Assembly: GCA_041662205.1 (NCBI GenBank)
Contig: JBAZSZ010000003.1
Location: 9,772-73,771, forward strand
DNA: 64,000 nucleotides
From: Minisyncoccota bacterium
GTDB lineage: Bacteria > Patescibacteriota > Minisyncoccia > Phycocordibacterales > UBA9973
Direction: 5' to 3'
Shown here: piece by piece, positions 19,151-27,569 of the stretch
Layout: every line of letters begins with the position of its first letter
Numbering within the stretch: position 1 is the first letter of the stretch
Program-made: the position numbers and the translations under genes
Notes under the pieces: model-generated
Database searches by the model: none
What the model saw: only the letters and a program-made list of their open reading frames with translations
What the model was told of the DNA's origin: nothing

Positions 19151-19693
19151 TTAATTTGCTAATGCGAGTACTTTTTCTTTTGTTTTAGGTTCTCGGATCA
19201 CTATTAGTCTTTTCTTCCATCCCTTCATAAAATCACTAATGGGAACTGTCCTGATGCCTAGGCGTTTACCAGGATCGTTGTAATAGACCAGTTTATCATC
19301 AAATCCGGTTACAACAATTAAATGACCATACGGGCTAGCAGGATTAAAGCCTCTGCGTATTGATGCGATGACAGGCCCCTCTTTTACGGTGTTTTTAAAT
19401 TCACTCAAAGCAGCTTCGTTTTTAAGTTTTGATAAATCAACAGTCTTTCCAACCAAGCCGTGCTTTACAGCTAAGGCGGCTAACCCCTGGTGGCTCCAGC
19501 CCACGTTTTTTACATAAGCCCCTCCCTTGAGAGCTTCTTGAAGTATTTTTTGTACCGAGGTAGTATTTGGTTTATAAAATTCTACTATCATTGCTACATC
19601 TGCTACCCCGCAACCTTTTTGTTGCCAAGCGACAGATGAAATATCGCTGATTTGTGAGTACAGCGGAACACTATATGGCATTATTGGTATCAT
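19151..19693 (-). CDS. C39-like peptidase domain protein
   Basis: VPLYSQ, GCG, GHLIVVTG, YYNDP. Confidence 0.82.
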   Translation of the reverse strand: MIPIMPYSVPLYSQISDISSVAWQQKGCGVADVAMIVEFYKPNTTSVQKILQEALKGGAYVKNVGWSHQGLAALAVKHGLVGKTVDLSKLKNEAALSEFKNTVKEGPVIASIRRGFNPASPYGHLIVVTGFDDKLVYYNDPGKRLGIRTVPISDFMKGWKKRLIVIREPKTKEKVLALAN

Positions 19694-19847
19694 AGCTATA
19701 ATGGTAACAAGTGTGGACTCAATGTCAATGCTTTCACGTTAGTTTTTTAAATAATATATTTAAAGCTTATTTTTTATAGCTTTTTCAATAAATCTGGTAT
19801 AATAGTATTTATTATTCCAAGATAAACTTTTTATCAAAGCTTAAAAA

Positions 19848-20081
19848 ATGATTTTAATTGATGTAAGAACAAAGTATGAATATGATGCAGAGCATATAAA
19901 TGGCGCAATACTTCATGACATTATGGATATAATGCAAGGGATTTTTCCTAGTATAGATAAAAACGAAGAAATCACTTTATATTGTGAATCTGGTAATAGG
20001 TCTATGATGGCTAAAAATATGATGGAAAGAGCTGGCTTTACAAAAATAATGGACGCTGGGAGTATTGATAATCTAAGATAA
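19848..20081 (+). CDS. single-domain rhodanese
   Basis: LIDVRT..EY...HINGA, YCESGNRS. Confidence 0.9.
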   Translation: MILIDVRTKYEYDAEHINGAILHDIMDIMQGIFPSIDKNEEITLYCESGNRSMMAKNMMERAGFTKIMDAGSIDNLR

Positions 20082-20181
20082 ATATTTAATTTTTGCAAAA
20101 TAGCTCAAAATAAACTACTATATTCTAGTAGTTAGTTAAGTTTGCCGTTGTGGCTGTTTTGGTAGGTCGTTACGTTAGTTT

Positions 20182-20254
20182 GCCGTTGTAGCTCAGTTGG
20201 TAGAGCACGTCATTGGTAATGACGAGGTCATCGGTTCAATCCCGATCAACGGCT
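20182..20254 (+). tRNA. tRNA-Thr(GGT)
   Basis: GCCGTTG/CAACGGC acceptor stem, CGTCA-TTGGTAA-TGACG arm. Confidence 0.95.
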
Positions 20255-20329
20255 CCGCAATCAAAAAAAAAGGGGGGGGTGATTAGAAGTACGATACTAT
20301 TTTTCTAGCGAATATGGTAAAATAATCCT

Positions 20330-20713
20330 ATGCCTGAAGAAGAAAAAGAAGAGAAAAAGAATGATTGGTTTTTGTATTTGATAGGTATTAGTTGTCTATC
20401 TGCAATTTTTGTGTCCTTTTATTTTTTCTACTTCAGAAAAGACTACGATTTTATTGTAGAAGTTGCTTGCGATCCAGCTAAAGAAACTTGCTTTCAGCGT
20501 GATTGCTCAAATCCTGATGATTGTCCGCCAAACGGCTTGTCTGATTTTAAAAGATACACCCTGAATGCTGGAGATTTCAAGATGTGTGAAAATGAAGATT
20601 GCACTACTGCCTGCGAAACTGGAACCATAAAATGTGAACCCATAGAATGTGAGGAAGATGAAGATGTTGGAGAATCTTGCTCTTTACTTGAATCATCTGT
20701 TGTTGGAGAATAA
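20330..20713 (+). CDS. Cys-rich acidic membrane-anchored hypothetical protein
   Basis: TM helix plus ten extracytoplasmic Cys (CDPAKETCF). Confidence 0.75.
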   Translation: MPEEEKEEKKNDWFLYLIGISCLSAIFVSFYFFYFRKDYDFIVEVACDPAKETCFQRDCSNPDDCPPNGLSDFKRYTLNAGDFKMCENEDCTTACETGTIKCEPIECEEDEDVGESCSLLESSVVGE

Positions 20714-20717
20714 ATTC

Positions 20718-21155
20718 ATGTTAAAAATAATTAACAAATGGCACTCTATTTTAAATATGCCGAAAAAAGATTTTGAATGGCATCAAGCTGATGTTTTGGA
20801 AGAACTGAAAGAATTTGAAGAGGCAGGGGGGTTGATAAATAAATGGAGCGAATTATCAGATGTGGTTTACACATACACTAGAGCGCGTTGGTCTGGACAT
20901 AAAAATATAAAATATCCATTAAATAAAATTAGTTTTTATTTAGGACTTCTATACATGTTTCCTAAACATACTCTTCGCTGGAAATTTTATAGAATCTTAG
21001 GGCAGAAAATTGATAAAAACGTAAAAATGACTGAGGTTCGTAATCCAAGAAAAATAGAAAAATTAAAACATATTGCTTCTAAATATAATCTAGATCCTGA
21101 ACAGTTCGTAAATGAAGCAAATAAATTAATGAAAAAGTGGGTGTTTTTGAAGTAA
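20718..21155 (+). CDS. hypothetical protein with MazG-like acidic helices
   Basis: DVLEELKEFEEA...SELSDVVY resembles the all-alpha NTP pyrophosphatase motif. Confidence 0.5.
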   Translation: MLKIINKWHSILNMPKKDFEWHQADVLEELKEFEEAGGLINKWSELSDVVYTYTRARWSGHKNIKYPLNKISFYLGLLYMFPKHTLRWKFYRILGQKIDKNVKMTEVRNPRKIEKLKHIASKYNLDPEQFVNEANKLMKKWVFLK

Positions 21156-21172
21156 AAAAAACACAAGCTAGT

Positions 21173-21946
21173 CTAGTAATAAATCTTTTTGAATGGAATT
21201 TTTGATGAAAAGAAACCTTTTTTCTTAAAAAATTCTTCTTTGTTTATATCTTTTGGTTGCAATAGATATAGAGAAAGATTTTCATCTTGCAATCCATAAA
21301 AAAGTACACAACCATCATCATTGACTGGCACCTCTGATACAATGGGAGCGTTTAAGTTAGGGCGAATAGTATAACCAAAACGCAATCTAAGATCTAAATA
21401 ATCAGGAGCATTGATAACCCCAAAAGCATTTCTTGATCTTGTAATTACTTTTTTGTATTTACCTTCTTGGCAAATTAATTTTAACCTTAGATAATCAATA
21501 ATAGACCCAAGGCTTCCATACGATACATGAGAAACAGTTATCCTATCTGTAGCTTTAAAAGCTAAAGAAACCCGATCATCTTTAAACGCCATTATTCCGC
21601 TTCCCACCATCTTTCCATTTTGATAAAAAAATAAAGCTTTAATATTAAATCCTTTTTGAACTTGTTCTTGGTACCATTTCTCATCAGCCCAAACATCATG
21701 TTCAAGCTCCTCCATTTTTCCTTTATAGTAAGGCAACCACTCGAGAAATTTTTTCTCAGTTAATTCTTCATATTTCCACTCAATATTATTTTTCTTTAAA
21801 ATTTCCTCGCTTTTGCGTAAAAAAGATTTCAATCTTTTACCTTTTATATTATTAAGTAAGTCAGTTTCATTAGAAATAGAAAGATCATATAAAATCTTTT
21901 CAGGTCGTTCAATATTAAATTGTTCTAGTGAAATGGTTTTTAGCAT
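21173..21946 (-). CDS. hypothetical protein, possible GNAT-fold
   Basis: 257 aa; ALFFYQNGKMVG strand and LRFGY resemble GNAT/FemAB-like motifs. Confidence 0.5.
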   Translation of the reverse strand: MLKTISLEQFNIERPEKILYDLSISNETDLLNNIKGKRLKSFLRKSEEILKKNNIEWKYEELTEKKFLEWLPYYKGKMEELEHDVWADEKWYQEQVQKGFNIKALFFYQNGKMVGSGIMAFKDDRVSLAFKATDRITVSHVSYGSLGSIIDYLRLKLICQEGKYKKVITRSRNAFGVINAPDYLDLRLRFGYTIRPNLNAPIVSEVPVNDDGCVLFYGLQDENLSLYLLQPKDINKEEFFKKKGFFSSKIPFKKIYY

Positions 21947-22038
21947 AAGGATTTTTTAATAGTAGGGAACAATCTTTACTATTGTTCTGATTTTTCCTTC
22001 CACATCCTTTAATTATATACTTATGTTACGATAAAGAT

Positions 22039-22794
22039 ATGAAAAAAATTATTGCTATTGGTGGTGGAGAAATTGGAAAGCCCGGATACCCAATTGAAAC
22101 CACTCAAATAGATAAAGAAATAATAAATTTAACTGGCAAGAAAAATCCAAAATTGCTTTTTATTCCTACGGCTAGTTCTGATTCAGAAGAATATTATTGG
22201 ACAGTTGAAAAACATTTTGGGAAACGACTAGGTTGTAAAGTTGATGTCTTATATTTGTTGAAAAATAAACTATCAAAAAAAGAAATCGAAGATAAGATTT
22301 TAAAATCTGACATAGTTTATGTGGGTGGTGGCAACACTTTGAAAATGATGCAAATTTGGAGAAAGTTTGGAATAGATAAAATTTTAATTAAAGCTCATCA
22401 AAAAGGAATTGTGATGTCGGGTGTAAGCGCTGGGTCAATATGTTGGTTTAAAAATGGAAATTCGGACTCAAGAAAATTCAAGAATCCAAAAGTAAATTTT
22501 AATTATATAAAAATTTCAGGTTTAGGTTTAATAAATGCGCTTCATTGTCCTCACTATGATGTAGAAAAAAAAAGAAAAGTTGATCTTAAGAAAATGATGA
22601 AAAAAACTTCAGGTACTGCTATCGCCATAGATAATTGTTGTGCCTTAGAAGTAATTGATGATAAATATCGAATTATTACTTCAAAAAAAACTGCAAATGC
22701 TTATAAGGTTTATTGGAAAGCAAATAAATATTATGAGGAGGTGATTAAAAAAGAAAAGAATTTTAAATCATTAAGTATTTTTTTGGTAAAATAA
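22039..22794 (+). CDS. peptidase E (S51) family protein
   Basis: FIPTAS, YVGGGNT, GVSAGS, CPHY. Confidence 0.9.
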   Translation: MKKIIAIGGGEIGKPGYPIETTQIDKEIINLTGKKNPKLLFIPTASSDSEEYYWTVEKHFGKRLGCKVDVLYLLKNKLSKKEIEDKILKSDIVYVGGGNTLKMMQIWRKFGIDKILIKAHQKGIVMSGVSAGSICWFKNGNSDSRKFKNPKVNFNYIKISGLGLINALHCPHYDVEKKRKVDLKKMMKKTSGTAIAIDNCCALEVIDDKYRIITSKKTANAYKVYWKANKYYEEVIKKEKNFKSLSIFLVK

Positions 22795-22925
22795 AAACAT
22801 TTTAATTTCAAAAACACTTTATTTTATAAGCACTTTATAACAGTAAGGTTTGACAAAACACCTCAATCTGTTATGTTGTAATAAATCTACACATTGAAAA
22901 CTTAATATAAAAAAAGGAGGGTCCA

Positions 22926-23504
22926 ATGATTATTTCTCTCAGTGGGCCCTCCGGAATCGGTAAGGGCTTTATCAAAGAACAACTATTACAGCTTTATCCA
23001 CAGATTCAGGAATTAGCGTGGTTTACAACCCGTCCTTTGCGTTCCAATGAACACCAGAGCGGAAACAGAATTCACACTCCACTTCCTGAATTCAATCAGA
23101 TGGCTAAATTTGGTAAGTTGGTCTTGATCCAAAATCTCTTTGGCCATTATTATGGCCTTAAAAAAGAAGATTTACTCCCAAGTTCAGACATCAAACTGAC
23201 TGAGGTGCATCCAGACAATATGTTGGAAGCAAAAAGAATTAACCCTGAAATATTTGCTATTGGTTTTGTAACCTTTGACCACTCTTTACTTCACAAAAGG
23301 CTTTCTATTTTGCGAAAGACAGAAAGCTCGGAAGAGATACAGAAAAGAGTTGCAATGGCTGCAAGTGAGATTAAGACAATCCTTAAGAGAAGGTCACTGT
23401 TTGCTTCTGTGATTGAAATCACAGAAACTGAAGAGGATCAAGTGTTCGGAAAGGTTCACGTAATTTTGCAATCACAAATTAAACAGAGAGGAGAAGAAAA
23501 ATGA
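22926..23504 (+). CDS. guanylate kinase-like nucleoside monophosphate kinase
   Basis: P-loop SGPSGIGKG, TTRPLRSNE, GHYYG; AGGAGG RBS. Confidence 0.8.
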   Translation: MIISLSGPSGIGKGFIKEQLLQLYPQIQELAWFTTRPLRSNEHQSGNRIHTPLPEFNQMAKFGKLVLIQNLFGHYYGLKKEDLLPSSDIKLTEVHPDNMLEAKRINPEIFAIGFVTFDHSLLHKRLSILRKTESSEEIQKRVAMAASEIKTILKRRSLFASVIEITETEEDQVFGKVHVILQSQIKQRGEEK

Positions 23505-24652
23505 AATTAGAAACACAAGTTGGTAATCTGAAGTTGCAGACACCGTTGTTGCTAGCTTCAGGATACATCACCGAAACGCCTGAGTTTTTTCTGAGAGCTC
23601 AACCCTATGGTTGTTCGGGTATCGTTACTCGATCGCTTAAACAGCATGTTCCAGCAGAACGTTCACGGATTACATCTCCTCGTTACGCAGTTTTCGATAA
23701 AGACAGCATGCTCAACTGCGAGTGGGGGAATGAAAGACCTTGGACAGATTGGCGAGATTATGGTGTGCATCAGGTCAAAGAGACTGGTTGCCCTATCATT
23801 ATTTCGCTTTCAGGACGCGACCTGGATAGCTGTTGCTATCTGATCCGTACCCTCGATGAGATCGGTGTTGATGCTTTCGAAATCAATATCTCGTGTTCGC
23901 ATTCTGGAGCACTGTACGGAAATTTGAATGTCGATGCACTTCATCTAGAGCAATTGATGAAAAAAGTGCGTGGCACTACGACGACCCCAATCTGGATTAA
24001 GTTGTCGTATTCGAATTTGTTGATTCCGATGGCTAAGATTGCGGAAGAGCTAGGAGCTAATGCTATTGTTTGCACAAATAGCATTGGTCCCGGAATGTTG
24101 ATTGACACCAAAACAGCCAAACCAAAACTCGGAATAAAGGGCGGAGGTGGAGGAATGACAGGAAAAGCAATTTTTCCTATTGCTCTGTGGTGTGTGCATC
24201 AACTTTCAGAGAATCTTAGCATCCCAGTTGTCGGTTGTGGTGGAATTTACACTGCTGACGATGTAGTTCAGATGCTGATGGCGGGTGCAAGTGCGGTTCA
24301 GCTTTATACCGCACCAGCACTTAAGGGCCCTATAGTTTTTAAACGGATTATGGTTGGCCTGCAAAGATTTCTCACAGAGAATCCAAAGTATGATTCGGTT
24401 AAGAATTTAGTTGGACTCTCATTAGGGAAGACAGACAATCACCAGTTTTCTTCACCTCGTCCAGTCGTGATTGAAGAAAAGTGTACAGGCTGTGGAATCT
24501 GTGTCCAATCCTGCGCTTTTGATGCCCTAGTAATGACTCCTCGTGGTGTCGACAAAAAGGCATTAGCGGTCATTAGCGACAATTGTATCTCATGCAACGC
24601 TTGCGTTGGGGTGTGTCCTCAAAAATTCGATGCTATCAGAGCATCATTTTAG
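23501..24652 (+). CDS. DHODH/PreA-like FMN oxidoreductase with C-terminal 2x[4Fe-4S] domain
   Basis: LASG, EINISCSH, PIWIKL, GGMTG, GCGGI, AGASAVQ; CTGCGICVQSC and CISCNACVGVCP. Confidence 0.85.
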   Translation: MKLETQVGNLKLQTPLLLASGYITETPEFFLRAQPYGCSGIVTRSLKQHVPAERSRITSPRYAVFDKDSMLNCEWGNERPWTDWRDYGVHQVKETGCPIIISLSGRDLDSCCYLIRTLDEIGVDAFEINISCSHSGALYGNLNVDALHLEQLMKKVRGTTTTPIWIKLSYSNLLIPMAKIAEELGANAIVCTNSIGPGMLIDTKTAKPKLGIKGGGGGMTGKAIFPIALWCVHQLSENLSIPVVGCGGIYTADDVVQMLMAGASAVQLYTAPALKGPIVFKRIMVGLQRFLTENPKYDSVKNLVGLSLGKTDNHQFSSPRPVVIEEKCTGCGICVQSCAFDALVMTPRGVDKKALAVISDNCISCNACVGVCPQKFDAIRASF

Positions 24653-24669
24653 GAGGTTAAAAAAGTGAT

Positions 24670-24912
24670 ATGAAAACATACACAATTGCAATACATTGCA
24701 ACGCTTGTCGAGCCTTACTGTATCGCTACAAAAAAGAAGGTGGTGGACATCTTCTCAAGTGTTATGCTGACATGATAATGTTGGACAGCACCAAGGGTGA
24801 TCTAAAATGTCCTTCTTGCGGTCAAGAGTTTGCTCGACACGCCATTATTCACAATCGCCCCGCACACAAGATAATCCAAGGGAGAGTCTTTGTGAAGGGC
24901 CATCATGGGTGA
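24670..24912 (+). CDS. small zinc-ribbon protein
   Basis: CNAC...LYRYKKEGGGHLLKC...CPSC; AGGAGG upstream. Confidence 0.75.
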   Translation: MKTYTIAIHCNACRALLYRYKKEGGGHLLKCYADMIMLDSTKGDLKCPSCGQEFARHAIIHNRPAHKIIQGRVFVKGHHG

Positions 24913-24935
24913 TGGCTTTGTAACACATCATTACC

Positions 24936-24969
24936 AACAGGTAGCTGAGTTGAACCTCAGCTACCTGTT
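24936..24969. terminator. bidirectional terminator between convergent operons
   Basis: AACAGGTAGCTGAG-TTGAAC-CTCAGCTACCTGTT. Confidence 0.8.
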
Positions 24970-24970
24970 T

Positions 24971-25588
24971 TTACTTAATATTAAATCTATTTTTAAAATA
25001 ATTAGGAGTGTAATTTTTGTAATCAAAAATCTCGTTAGCTTCTTTATTTAATTTATCTATGTATTCAAAAAATTGTTTTTTATCAAAAATATCAAGCTTG
25101 AGTTCTCTGCAAACATTTTCAATTTCTTTAATTAATTCATCCCCATTTTCTTTTTTATTTGCCATTTTTTCTGCTTCGTAATAATAGCTGTGTCCCGGTA
25201 CTTCTACTAATGCGAATTCAATATCTTTATATTCATAAACTTTACTTTTCCTGACACAAAGCATTCCTTTAATAAATCCTAGTTCACCAAAAATTTCTAC
25301 CAAAGTATCAAATTCACCAGGTTTAGTGAAAGCAGAAAGTTCTTTTCGCTGTTCATTTCCTCCCCATTCCCCAATTTTAACAATAATTTCAGGAATTCCA
25401 TTGGTTGTTCGAAGTCGTATATCTTTTTTTCTATCCTCAACCCCACCTTCTAGAAAAGTAGAATAATCAATTAAAATTCGATCCTTTTCTGATTTCTTTG
25501 TACCTTTTTCTTCAAAAAATTTTACTAAATTATCAAATTCTTTTTTCGACAGAGGACCCCGTATTTCAATTTCTATATTTTTATCCAT
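24971..25588 (-). CDS. CYTH (triphosphate tunnel metalloenzyme) domain protein
   Basis: IEIEIR, IRLR, RKE, YYEAE motifs. Confidence 0.85.
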   Translation of the reverse strand: MDKNIEIEIRGPLSKKEFDNLVKFFEEKGTKKSEKDRILIDYSTFLEGGVEDRKKDIRLRTTNGIPEIIVKIGEWGGNEQRKELSAFTKPGEFDTLVEIFGELGFIKGMLCVRKSKVYEYKDIEFALVEVPGHSYYYEAEKMANKKENGDELIKEIENVCRELKLDIFDKKQFFEYIDKLNKEANEIFDYKNYTPNYFKNRFNIK

Positions 25589-25591
25589 AAT

Positions 25592-26638
25592 TTATTGATT
25601 TCTTAAATTTATAAACAATTGTTTTATGATCATAGTGGCATAACTACCTGTTGGTAAATAAAATGAAAGTGTTATTTTCTTTTTATTTTTATGAAATTCA
25701 TCGGGCTCTAAATCATGAGCATACATATTAGTAGCAACTAAGAGATTTCTCTTGTTTGGTTTTGGTTTAACTAAGAAGTTTTCTGAAATTAATTCATATC
25801 CTCCTGCTTCATAAATGTGCGGACATTGAAACAGATAATCAGTGGGTAAATATAATCTTCCAACATTTTTAAATAAACTATTTTTACTTTTTGTATGTTT
25901 TTTTATTATCAATGAAGCCTGAGTGTTCCATAAAAAACTATTATAAGCGGAGACAAAGAATGAAACCTTTTTGGGATTCATGGATTCAAAAATTTTTTTA
26001 AAATTAGCAATATTTTTTGTTTTTAATTCACCTTTTTGAGTGATATTATTAGTGATTTTTAATTGTTCAAAAGCTTGCTTCCAATTATTTTTCACTATTG
26101 CTTTGCCAATCAAATGAGTATTATATGGACCACCTGGCATTCCAAATCGTTGGTTGTCATAGTAGTTAATAAAATAAAGTTGTTTATGGTTATGAATATA
26201 ATCTAAAAGATTATTAGCCAAAGAAGAATTTAAATTTCTTACTACAATTTTAAAAGCATTGCCATGGAGGGCTCTTTCTTTTATTGCTTTTTCTCCGTAA
26301 CCAATTACGTATTTAATTTTTGCAAACTTATTTTTTAAAACATATTTTTTATTGAAAGCTTTAATATCTTTTTCTTTTAGAACTTTTTTTATAGAAATAA
26401 GTTGTTCAGTGATTGCATCTTCATCTTTTAATCCTTGACTACATACATCCTCAAATGAAAGTTTAAAAAATATCTTAATTTGTTCCAAAATTTCAAATGT
26501 CGTAAATCCAGATTTTTGAAGCCAAATATAAGTAAATTTGCGAAGACCTTTTTGTGTAAAAGATGGCATTAAAGATACTTCTGTTACTTGGAAGTCTTCA
26601 TTTATGCATTTAAGCTTGTAACTTAATGAATTATTCAT
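25592..26638 (-). CDS. TruD-family pseudouridine synthase (atypical)
   Basis: EDFQVTEV, GLKDEDAITEQ, GNAFKI, NYYDNQRFG, FYLPTGSYAT. Confidence 0.88.
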   Translation of the reverse strand: MNNSLSYKLKCINEDFQVTEVSLMPSFTQKGLRKFTYIWLQKSGFTTFEILEQIKIFFKLSFEDVCSQGLKDEDAITEQLISIKKVLKEKDIKAFNKKYVLKNKFAKIKYVIGYGEKAIKERALHGNAFKIVVRNLNSSLANNLLDYIHNHKQLYFINYYDNQRFGMPGGPYNTHLIGKAIVKNNWKQAFEQLKITNNITQKGELKTKNIANFKKIFESMNPKKVSFFVSAYNSFLWNTQASLIIKKHTKSKNSLFKNVGRLYLPTDYLFQCPHIYEAGGYELISENFLVKPKPNKRNLLVATNMYAHDLEPDEFHKNKKKITLSFYLPTGSYATMIIKQLFINLRNQ

Positions 26639-26735
26639 AATTTGTGCATTATGCCACATTAACTTGTATTTTACTAGTTTTTCAAGTGATAATAATTCTA
26701 TCCTCAATTTTAATAGGTGTGTTATACTAAACTAT

Positions 26736-27557
26736 ATGCCCGCAGAGGACAAAAAAATAAAGATTGGGGACTATAATACAATAATGAACGATCGGAATAT
26801 TTTTAATCAGGTTGTTTATACTCCGCTTTCTGAAGCCTTAAGGCTTTTGGAGGAAAGGAGGAAGGATCCGGAATTGGTGGCGAAAGTTGAGAAATTGTTA
26901 AAAGGAGACATACCGGAGGTTTTGAAAAATAAAAAGTGTGCTGTGCTTTTTAGGCAAATCGCTACACCAAATCATGAGACAAAAAGATTTATAGCTTTGG
27001 CAAAAGAAAATAATCTACACCCAGTAATCTTTGAGTATCACAATGATAAATTTACTTCGAATAATCAATTTAAGCATTCCTTAGGTCAGCTAAATATACA
27101 AAAAAAATGTAGCAAGAATGGCAATTACAATGTTGAAAAAATTACTATTGTGGATTTTGCAAAATACGATGGTAAAAAATTAAAAGAAGTAATAACTTTA
27201 TGGGAAGAGCCACTAGTTAATTTTCATAAAAAATTATTTGAATTGCATGGGTATGATGTAAAAAGTATTGATTTTTTTGAGGCATCTGATTGGCTAAAAG
27301 GTAATGGAGGGAAAGCAATAGACTATTATACAAATTTTTTTCTTGTTTTTTCTTGTCTTGGAATTTTATTTGAAAATTTTTTAATGTCAAAAGATTCAGA
27401 GGGTGATTTTACAAAAAAAGTAGTGCTTCCATCTATGGAAAATGTAATAAATTTAACTGGTGTTAAATCGCTTATAGTTCCCATAGAACCAATAGAAATA
27501 GAAACCGATAAGCATTGTATTTCTTATCATCCTAAAATAAAAACATTAATACAATAA
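26736..27557 (+). CDS. conserved hypothetical soluble protein upstream of sensor kinase
   Basis: 273 aa; RQIATPNHE, EYHNDKF, GILFENF; TATACT 7 nt before ATG. Confidence 0.75.
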   Translation: MPAEDKKIKIGDYNTIMNDRNIFNQVVYTPLSEALRLLEERRKDPELVAKVEKLLKGDIPEVLKNKKCAVLFRQIATPNHETKRFIALAKENNLHPVIFEYHNDKFTSNNQFKHSLGQLNIQKKCSKNGNYNVEKITIVDFAKYDGKKLKEVITLWEEPLVNFHKKLFELHGYDVKSIDFFEASDWLKGNGGKAIDYYTNFFLVFSCLGILFENFLMSKDSEGDFTKKVVLPSMENVINLTGVKSLIVPIEPIEIETDKHCISYHPKIKTLIQ

Positions 27558-27569
27558 TATAATACAATT

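Noticed and set aside
20263-20279. A-run/G-run homopolymer as a phase-variation switch
   Set aside because: Intergenic and upstream of the predicted promoter spacer; no evident effect
23501-24652. Calling the flavoprotein pyrD or preA
   Set aside because: Active-site motifs diverge and partner subunits are absent locally; symbol withheld
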